From Octopus bimaculoides (taxonomy: Eukaryota), in assembly GCF_001194135.2 (NCBI RefSeq), contig NC_068981.1, positions 33,161,401-33,218,065 on the forward strand: a stretch of DNA of 56,665 nt, written 5' to 3'. The position numbers and the translations under genes were made by a program. Below the pieces are notes generated by a model that made no database searches, was not told where the DNA came from, and saw only the letters and a program-made list of their open reading frames with translations. This document shows positions 46,986 through 56,665 of the stretch, piece by piece (position 1 is the first letter of the stretch; each line of letters opens with the position of its first letter).

Positions 46986-48205
46986 TACCAGGTTGAATCG
47001 AAAGTTTTTTCGGATTTTCACTGATGAATTTTGGCAACTTGTATCTTCATGTTATATTGTTAATTTGATGCAATTTATTGTCCAATCATTACTGAATTGT
47101 TTATTCTTTATTTCCATGTATAACATATAAACATTAATTGTTTACTCATATCGTAATGAGTGGTGAAAAAATTGCAATTAGAGCCATCTTACACTACCCA
47201 TGAAAATAGGGCTGAGTGCAAAAACAGCTACAAAAGAAATTAATGATGTGGATGACCTAGGAAGTGTCCATGAATGTGTGGTACAAAACTGGTTTAGACG
47301 TTTTAAGAAAGGTAACACCTGCCTCAAAGACTAACCCCAGTCAAGAAGACCTTGTGCTGTGAATAACAGCCAAGCACAAGCACCCATACATTATCTGCAG
47401 AACTTGCTCGTTCACAAAGTACTACACATCGACACCTCCACAAGCTCAGCTTGTGAACAGACATTGTTGAACTAAACAATGACCAGGCTCAACAATTTGT
47501 GAAAATTTACAAAAATTGCTGGCAAATCTTTGAGAAGCCTGTTTTTGGTGTTGAATTGCAACTGGGTACCAAAAATGGATCTATTTTTGTAATCCTAATT
47601 AGAAAAATTAGTGACTTTGTTCTAGCTGTACTTCAGAACCTGTGATCAAACAAAGCAGTTTGTACAGATGGTTGTGTGTGTTTGGTAGAATTTTGAGAGG
47701 TTGCTGCACTTTAGCTTGTCTCAGATGGTTATGCTGTGAGCACTAACCTTTACACTCAACAACTACAGCAAGCACATGATGCTTTGAAAACCCTCTACTC
47801 AGCATTGGTCAGTAGATGTCTACTCTTACAGCATGACAGTGCCCCAGCTATTTCTGTCAATATGACCAAGTGCAAACTCAAGGAACTTCAGTAACTTGAG
47901 TGCTACTTCACCCTGCCTAAAGTCCAGACCTTGCACCATCAGATTACCACCTTTTCCAAGCCATGGCTCATTTCCTGCACAGACAGAGGTTCAAGAATGT
48001 AGTCCAACAATGTTGGAAAAGGGTGCAGGAAGCCTTTGCCTCTAAACCATCCAAATGATATAAGCTTGGAATTGAACTTCTTGCACAACAGTGGCAACAA
48101 ACAATAGAATAAGATGGGATATATTTTGATGAATATATGCTTTTCATATATAAATTGATTGAACTATTAATTAAAGTTATGAAAAGCTTTTTACTCAAGC
48201 TGGTA
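46986..48205 (+). mobile_element. Full-length (~1.2 kb) decayed mariner element with TIRs and TA target sites
   Basis: Left end TA-CCAGGTTGAATCGAAAGTTTTTTC resembles the reverse complement of right end GAAAAGCTTTTTACTCAAGCTGG-TA; internal NWFRRFKKG, KWIYF, QHDSAP, SPDLAPSDYHLF remnants. Confidence 0.85.
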
Positions 48206-48451
48206 GTATTGTAGAATTAACAAATGTTCTTTTCGCTTGTAATGTTGAGTTTAATCCTTTAATTAACATATTTCTGTTGAAATGCACAACATTGGTTTCA
48301 ATTAGTTTTAAAGATAATGTAGAATTTAGTACAATTGTAGTAAAATTAATTGTTAGTGATTGAAGCAGTATTAGTACCTAAAGGTAATCTTTATATCCAA
48401 CTTAATGCGGATGGTTTGTTAGAACACTGAATACAGTGTCATTAATTTTGG

Positions 48452-48613
48452 GAGATTCTCTCATATAGGCTTCTGGTTCATAAAAGCACACACATAAATC
48501 ATAGCAGATGATTTATGTGTCATGGGAGTTCTGGTCCCACTGACAGACAATTCTCATCTGTTATGACCTGTTTGTGTGCTTTTATGCACCAAATGCCTAA
48601 ATGGGAGGATCTC
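48452..48613. repeat. Imperfect palindromic repeat; partial second copy at ~53760-53905
   Basis: gagattctctcatataggc..cataaaagcacac vs gtgtgcttttatg..gcctaaatgggaggatctc. Confidence 0.65.
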
Positions 48614-50254
48614 TCAATGCTAATAACACAGTATTTGGTGTCCTAACAAGACATCCATGTTATGCTGGATCATCATCATCATCATCATTGTTTAAAGTCC
48701 GCTTTCCATGCTGGCATGGGTTGAACGGTTTGACTGAGGACTGGCAAGCCAGGAGGCTGCATCAAGCTCCAATCTGATCTGGCAACGTTTCTACAGCTGG
48801 ATACTCTTCCTAATGCCAACCACTACAAGAGTGTAGTGGGTGCTTTTTATGTGCCACTGGCATGGGGGCCAGTCAGGTGGCATTAGCATCGACTACACTT
48901 GAATGATGCTTTTTACATGTCACTGGCACAAGAGCTAGTCAGGTGGCACTGGACCAAACTTGAATGGTGCTTCTTTATGTGCCACCAGCACAGGAGCTAG
49001 ACAGACGATACTGGCATCAACCATGCTCGAATGGTGCTTTTTTACATACTACCGGCACAGGTGCCAGTCAGGCAGTACTGGCATTGGCCACAAATACAAT
49101 TTCACTTGATTCAACAGGTCTTCTCAAGCACAACATATTGCCCAACGGTTGAAAGGTGCTTTTAAACGGGCTGGTTATGCAACACTAGCATCGGCCACAG
49201 CTACGTGGATATAATAGTAAAATAATTTTGTTATTATTAAACTGGCGGTTGATTCATAAATTAACATGAAATTTAAAAGGTAAGTTTTAATTGAAATCAC
49301 TTTAAAATAGGAAGTCTGTATTACAGAATCAGAAGTGGTTTTAGGTGGGTTGGTGTCAAAAGGGTGAGATAAGACAGAACTGATATTGCTGCTATGTTTG
49401 AATCCTGTAGCTAATCTATCAAGAAAGTAGATACAACATGACTGAATAAAGGTTTTATGATAAAACATGTGAACCGAGTACTCCTTATGTAATACAGTCC
49501 CCAAAACAATGTATTCTGTACTTCAGTGAACTGTATTTTGATAGGTCTACCTACTTATATTTGAAATCTTGTCATCAGATTCTAATCTGTGATAGACTTT
49601 ATTCTTGTCTAAGGGATGACAATGTGTTTAGATTGTTTAATGCTACAAAAATAAGGGAGAGGGATAGAGGGGTTATTTTATTATCTTTGTAATAGATACA
49701 TGTCAAAATAATTTAGGTTTTAAGGATTTCTGAGGAAACATTGTTGGATGGTTCTTGAAAACTAAATATCTTAATGAAATATTTGATATTGGCTTCAAGT
49801 TTTAGCAAACAGCCAGCATTTTCGGGAATTGGGACTTATCAGTTGCATCAATCACAATGCTCAACTGGCATTTTTTTTTCTCAACCCTAAAAGAATACAA
49901 GGCAAGGTGAAGCCCAGCGGCATTTGAACTAAGAATGTAGAATCAGAAGAAATGCGACTGAGCATTTTTTTCTGACTTTATGGCATGATAGTGATTCTAC
50001 CAGCTCACCACTTTTTGAAATGCTTAATATTAATCATTTGATAATATTAATAATTTAATAATGGAAATGTTTTTCGTTGTTTAGTCAATAACTATTTTCC
50101 TGATAACTCACCTAAGAAACCAAAATAAGGGTTAAAGGCACTTCGTTAAAGGAACTACTGTATAGCCATACAGCAGGATTTGAACTGAAAGATTACAGTA
50201 CCAAATAAGATATTGTACAGTTACATCACCAGCAATCTACAAATTATGACTATG

Positions 50255-50600
50255 GTTCTGGGTTCATTCCCACTGTGTGGCACTTTGGGCAAGTGTCTTC
50301 TACTATAGCCTCAGGCCGACCAAAGCCTTGTGAGTGGATTTAGTAGACGGAAACTGAAAGAAGCCCGTCACATATATGTATATATATATGTGTGTGTCTG
50401 TGTTTGTCCCCCTAGCATTGCTTGACAACCGATGCCGGTGTGTTTACGTCCCCGTAACTTAGCGGTTCGGCAAAAGAGACCGATAGAATAAGTATTAGGC
50501 TTACAAAGAATAAGTCCTGGGGTCGATCTGCTCGACTAAAGGCAGTGCTCCAGCCTGGCCACAGTCAAGTGACTGAAACAAGTAAATGAGTAAATGAGTA
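50255..50600 (+). mobile_element. SINE family A (head decayed)
   Basis: Direct match to 36800-37170. Confidence 0.82.
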
Positions 50601-53329
50601 AATCCCTCCTACCATGTTTAAAGGTGTTTAGTTATGTTGCATTGAACATATAATCTTTCGATTTGTCGTAGTTCAATAGGTTAACTACTCACCTCCAACA
50701 TCCAATCACAAATTAAAAATTTCTCTCCATCAATTCCACACTTCCTAGTGAAAATCCAATTATATTTTTTAAATTTTACTACTTCTCTCACCTTCACTTT
50801 TTTGCTTTTTCTCCTTTCTTTTTTGTTCAATTTCCTCCTTTTATCTGTATCTCTAACTCTCTTATTCTTCCTTTTCTTCTCTCACACCACCACCTTAATC
50901 CCTTCCTCTCATTTCTTCTTCCCATCCCATCCTTTATTTTCCTCACTCTCTTTAAATAATTTTTTAATTTCCCAATCCTCCATGTTATTTCTCTACCTTG
51001 TCTCTCTTTCTCATTAACATTATCATAAAGGAGACCTCAGTTAATTCTTTCCAAATCACTTCACACTGATCAATAAGTTGAAATGAAAGATTGTCCAATT
51101 AACCACTTAATAAGGTAACCTTGATAATATTTCCCACTTTAAGTCATTTAGGGCACAATATTCTAGTGGTTAATGTATTCTACTGAAAGCTAATTCTTTC
51201 CCAAATCACAAGAATCCATAGAACCAGCATTCATCCTCAGTTGTTATAGCATTAAGCAAATGAGAGTATAAACCTCAAGCTTAGCTGAGATACTGATCTA
51301 TACTGTGTCACTTTTCATGGTGGAATAATTCTACCTGCCTAGTACTGCATACCAACAAACTATCAATCATCACAATGTTGTCACTACTTACAGCAATAAA
51401 TTATTCCACCTTGCTGGACCTACATAACAGTTAAGTGGACTTTGCCAAGGAAAATTAAGTAATTCAAATACCATGCAACATAGATCCTTTCTTTATCAAA
51501 ATTATCTCTTCCTTTAGAGGAAGTGTCATGATAACTGAATGACAAAAAAAGACCAACTCCATATGAGAAGGGGAGATAATCTCTAGAATCAAGATTTCTC
51601 TAAAGTTGACATGCCATTAAGGAAAATGATGAGCTTGTCTGACGATAAGAGGATAGTCATGGGTACATATTTCTGACTCAACAGCTATCATCAACTTGAC
51701 AACAGTCCACTATTATCTCCAGCAACCAAAAGAATAGAACATATTTATGGCATATATAAGTTGCAAAATTTAATCTTGATTACAGATATGACTCAGCATT
51801 TGCAAGAGGGACAACAAGGATGAGAAACCCTTCCTATACAGGCTAAATTTTGCCTATGCTCAAATTTGAAACCTCACTCTAATATTATCTCGAAGAACTT
51901 GTATGAAAAAAAAAATGGTCTATGCTTTAAGACTAAAATCACAAGTTAATTAATCCAAACTGCATATGTATGAATAAGTAAAATTAAAGACCCTTTATTT
52001 TTCTCAGCAATGACATACATTCACAACCTCTAGTGTACACCAACCTCATATTTGGCTGTCCTGTACCTTACCAACTCAGTTAGTGATTGATACTCACCAA
52101 CCATGTGAGTGTGTTAGTGGATCACATTAAAATTCCTTTACAAAAACTCAGAAACATTAGCATTTACAGTAGACTATCTTACTTTAAACTTTTATTTTCT
52201 AGGAAATTTATACAGTCCAGAACATGTGAAGTGTAACATGCTCATTTACTATTTAGATTCCATACTAACTTGTTACATTGGTGTGTTGGCTTGGTGCAAT
52301 TCTATGACATGCTTGGATGATATTTTACAGAGGTGGTCAACAATATTCTAGAGACAGTAACTTAACTACTTCTGCTGTTGTTGGGCATCTTTCCACTCAT
52401 GGATACACCATGAAGCAAAAAAAAGTCAGTATGTTCATTGCATTCATGGAGCCACAGGGATGTCAGATACTGGTCAAGTATAACTGCACATATCTGCCTT
52501 AGGATCCAGCCCTCTGAATTTTTTGAGGGTGTTTAACTCCCTATCCTCTTTTTTATCTAACCGTATTTTTTACATTATTTTCAATGGATGTTCAAAATGA
52601 TGCAAAAAACACATATATAATTCCTATCAAGGATCATGATCTAACAGATATGGCAGTTTAACTTTTGAGAAGAAATTGTATTGGGATTTACTGTGATGTT
52701 CGCATTCCAAAGCAAACTCTCAAAGTACAAGAAGGTAAACCTAAGAGAAGATATGGATAGGGGGTCATGAGAGTGGAAGAGACAATGGATGCTTTTTATT
52801 GAGTGTAAGCAAGGAGTAACAAATGGGAAAAGGTGGGAGTGGAGCTGAATGTAGTGAGTGACAGACAAGGGCTGAAGTGCAGTTGAATCAGTCAGTAAGG
52901 GGAGGAATAAGGTGAGAGATCTAGGAGTTGTTCAGGATGGGGAATAGATCAGAAAGTAACAGAATGAGGTGCAAGATCCAGGAGCAGTGGAGAGGGAGTT
53001 ATAGTAAGTGAGACAAAGGTGGTAGAAATGAGATCGCATTGAGGACTATGGCAGTTTAGAGAGGTGTTAAGAACAGTGTGTAGTAGAGAAGAGATCTCAG
53101 TGGATGAAGGCACAAAAAGGAGGTGATTGATGGGAATAGAGTGGGCAAGGATGGTAAGGAGAAATGGAAGTGCTTCCAAGGAGGATGAGAGGAGGGGTAG
53201 AGGTAACCATAAAGAAGAGTGTTATATGCACCAGTTCTGCTTTCAGGTGGTTACACCAGCCAATTAGTACAATAGATAGAGGATTGATAGGTATTAGGGA
53301 AATACTTGATGGCGCAGAAAGACAGAGGG

Positions 53330-53720
53330 AGAAACGGGCAGGGACCCAAGTGGTTTTAGGATATCATTTTTGCAGTGATGGATGGGGGTCTTCTCAAGCA
53401 CAGCAAATTGCCAATCATCTCGATCTTCTGTCATCTCTTCATAAGGTCCAGCATCTTGCAATCATCCATCAATTCTTCATCCCATGTCTTCCTGGGTCTC
53501 TCTTTTTCACAAATTCCATCTCCTTTAAAAGGTTAGCACTTCTTTATGTGACTGTCCTTGTATAAACACCTCACATAACCATACCAGCACAGCCTTCTCT
53601 CTTGCACACTATATCTGATTCCTCTTATGCCTAATGTTTCTCTTAATATATTAGCACGTTGCTGTACATGCTCACTGACATTGCACATCCAATGGAGCAT
53701 ACTAGCTTTGGCGCCTCTAA
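53330..53720 (-). mobile_element. Degenerate RTE 3' ORF fragment
   Basis: Reverse complement matches 37930-38250 (ggatgtgcaatgtcagtg.., gacccaggaagacatgggatg.., tgcttgagaagacc). Confidence 0.75.
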
Positions 53721-53971
53721 CTGATGATGTCCAGGAGACTGAAATTTCATGATATGGGTGTTCCAGTACTCATAACAGGCGAATCTCATCTGCTATGGTA
53801 TAATCATCTGCTTTTATGCACCAAGTGCCTATATGAGAGGATCTTGCATCAAGGATAATAGCATAGTAGTCGCTGTTTTAACAAGACATTCATGTTAAGT
53901 TGGATATAAAGATTGTCTTTTGGTACTAACTAATAATTCCATCACTAATATACATACATTTACACATACAC

Positions 53972-54032
<61 letters not shown>

Positions 54033-54983
54033 NNNNNNNNNNTGCCCTTCCTAACGCCAACCACTCAGAGAGTGTAGTGGGTGCTTTTACGTGTCACCTG
54101 CACAAGGGCCAGTCAGGCGGTACAGGCAACGGCCACGCTCAAAATAGTGTCTTTTATGTGCCACCCGCACAAGAGCCAGTCCAGGGGCACTGGCAATATA
54201 TATATATATATATAAGGTGAACTAGAAGAAACGTCAGCATGCCAGGCAAAATGCTTAGTGATATTTCATCTGTCTTTACATTCTGAGTTCAAATTCCGCT
54301 GAGGTCCACTTTCGGGGTCAATAAATTAAGTACCAGTTGTGTACTAGGATCGATCTAATCGACTAGCCCCTTACCCCAAAATTTCGGGCCTTGTGCCTAG
54401 AGTAGAAAAGAATGTGTGTGTGTGTGTGTGTATATGTTTGCGTAATCAGTGTATTAGTCAAGCACTTTTAGTACAACTGTACTAGAATTTTGTAAGACAT
54501 ATAAATGAACTTTCATCTAATGTATATATATTTATATAACTACAATTGTCTGAGGTTTTTTTTTTTTATCCTTTTGAATTTTGTTACAAAAACAAAATAA
54601 AAAACAAACCATGACCTCTTGAGCTAACTTTACATTGCCGTATCATTTTATGATTTTATAATAGTTCTGTACTTATTCTCAAAGATACAGGTGAACTTAT
54701 CAGAGAGATATGTGCTTATTGACATAATGCACTCCACAATTAACTATTACAGGATAACAGACTAAATCATCAGGCAGTACTTAAATCAACAAATGCAATT
54801 TCAGTTCCTGTTGACACTTCTCAACTCTACCATCAGAGTGAACACATATCTGGTCTGAAACTGATAGAAGGAACGCTGCTTCTTCACCAGAGAAAAATAT
54901 AAGAAGATAATATAAAAAAATACACAAAAAGATAACAGTAACCAGAAAACACGCTTTCTAACCAAAAACGTAAACATTAAGAA

Positions 54984-55326
54984 ATGAACAAACAAGTCTT
55001 GATAATAATCTTCTTGGTAATTATACCAACGATACATGCTGGTCTGAAGTATCCCCCACACTACTTAAAACTATGGCATATCTTAGCAGATAGCAAGAAT
55101 TTATCAAGTTCACCATATCATGATGCTGAAGGCTATAATTATCTGGACAAACTGTCTACAAATAAATATCTTCATGGCAACAAGCAGGGAATTGAGAAAG
55201 CTAAGAGTTTGATTTTTGAAGATATTTGTGTGAAAATTTCTTCCCTTAATGTATCACAAAGATGTTGTGAAGATACCAAAACATTTCTTGGATCCATTGT
55301 TCACAGGAATCCATGGGCACTACAAA
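54984..55326 (+). CDS. nrf-6: Gene 2 exon 1: tandem NRF-6-like paralog (rest presumably beyond the window)
   Basis: Signal peptide plus IEKAKSL...ICVKISSLNVSQRCCEDT...WALQ aligns to gene 1 exon 1; same phase-1 gtaagt donor position (55327). Downstream exons are not in the window, so intactness is unknown. Confidence 0.85.
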
Positions 55327-56278
55327 GTAAGTTTTATTTTTTTATATTACTAAATCTTGGTCAGTGTTTACCAAATCATCACCTCTTTCCATATGTAAAC
55401 AATGTTTTTAAGACATCTATACCCATGTTTAGTTGTATAGCTGGTGCAGGAGGTAATTGGGATGATCAGCCTAGAGTAACACTTTTATAAGGGAAGCACT
55501 TTTGGGTTATAATCCTGTATAAATGGCAGTGAGAAGCAGCAAATTCAATTACTCTTTGGACAGCACACACTCTAGCTGCACCACTGCCTACTTTGAAAAG
55601 TATGTGACAGATATGAATGGTCCCAAAGAAACTCTAAGGGATCTGATATCACTATGAGACTAAATAAATGTATCATACTGTATTGTCATCTTAAGTAAAA
55701 GGCTTACTTTTTGTAGACTAGTACTTTTTATCCAACAAACTTTATCCAACAAATTTTAGTTTCTACTTCAATACCATAACATTGGATAATTTGATACCAT
55801 AACATTGGATAATATGCTTCCAATCTTGATGATACAACTCATCTGTCCTCTTGACAGAACTGCAGTAGTTTAATTTCTAATCATTCGCTCTTGTTAACTT
55901 CAATATTATATATTCATTTACATGGTGGTGCTCCAGCATGACCACAGCCGCATGGCTGAAATGAGTAAACGAGTATGTACATTAATAGCTGCAGGTGCGG
56001 TTGTGTGGTTAAATAGCTTGCTCCCTAATATTGTAGTCTCATGTTCAATCCTACTACATAGCATCTTGGACAAGTGTCTTTTACTGTAGCCCAAAGCCAA
56101 AAAAAGTCTTGTGAACGGATTATGAAAATGAAAGCCCATCATGTGTATATACATTCATATACATGCACACATACACACACGTGTATGTGTGTACACACAC
56201 ACACACACACACACGTATATATATATTGAATAAACAGAGTCAACAGGAAGGAGTACATTTAGACAGCTATTTAATAAA

Positions 56279-56380
56279 CACTACACATGTTTCGATATAA
56301 CATAGATCCACATATATACAGGATTTAAATGAAGCAACAGTTTACCTGTATAATGGGATCTGGTTGTATCTCCTCAGGTG
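56279..56380 (-). ncRNA. Minimal type-I hammerhead ribozyme motif, core intact (Penelope-like-element type)
   Basis: - strand: cac CTGAGGA GATA-[long stem-loop]-TATC GAAA CATGTG TA gtg; all core nucleotides present; predicted cleavage after GUA, between 56282 and 56281. Confidence 0.75.
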
Positions 56381-56665
56381 ATATATAATCGCTGTACCCG
56401 TAAGCAATTATGAATGTTTAATAATTGAATGTTGTGAGTTAAAAATCACCGGTTTTTTTCAACATTTGTCTATATATTAGCAAACTCTCATATAAAACAA
56501 TTTTTTGTTTTAATCTTGGAATTAAATGGTTTTGATTAACTGTCAGATGACTTTTGGCCAACCTTGTATTTATAAATATAGATGTAGTTGTGTGGTATAA
56601 AAGATGTATGTATATATATATATGCAAACAAATACATGTATATGTGTGTGTGTGTGTGTGTGTGT

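Larger units (their letters stand above)
1297..54042. other. Assembly gaps: 1297-1833, 4430-4439, 18644-18692, 21149-21279, 39552-40178, 42089-42437, 45444-45885, 54033-54042
   Basis: N runs, mostly bordered by TA/TC/CA microsatellites or young RTE tails. Confidence 0.99.

Noticed and set aside
53720-53750. ctgatga tgtc cagga gact gaaa tttc
   Set aside because: Core boxes present, but stem II closes with a mismatch and no stem I can form
55727-55812. Short tandem duplications (also 18406-18449, 24572-24612, 13790-13845)
   Set aside because: Ordinary 13-30-bp slippage duplications, not regular arrays; nothing CRISPR-like

Overview
AT-rich, microsatellite-laden animal genomic DNA from a gapped assembly (8 N-runs). 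The repeat families resemble those I recall from octopod cephalopods; this is an inference and was not verified. The window holds one complete 15-exon + strand gene (ATG 6860 to TAA 39362, 2151 nt CDS, 716 aa, all introns GT-AG and phase-consistent). It encodes an NRF-6/OACYL-like protein: signal peptide, NRF domain and multi-pass Acyl_transf_3 O-acyltransferase. The first coding exon of a tandem paralog lies at 54984-55326. Everything else is repeats: RTE LINE pieces (RT with an inserted PHD-type finger, 3' tails ending in (ATG)n), an R4/Dong-like REL fragment, two mariner relics, three tRNA-derived SINE families, Helentron-type non-autonomous elements, a TTAA MITE and several fold-back palindromes. 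The most interesting signal is a set of five minimal type-I hammerhead-ribozyme(-like) motifs of the Penelope-like-element type. One is core-intact (56279-56380, - strand), and one sits in the loop of a 231-bp near-perfect inverted repeat in intron 9.
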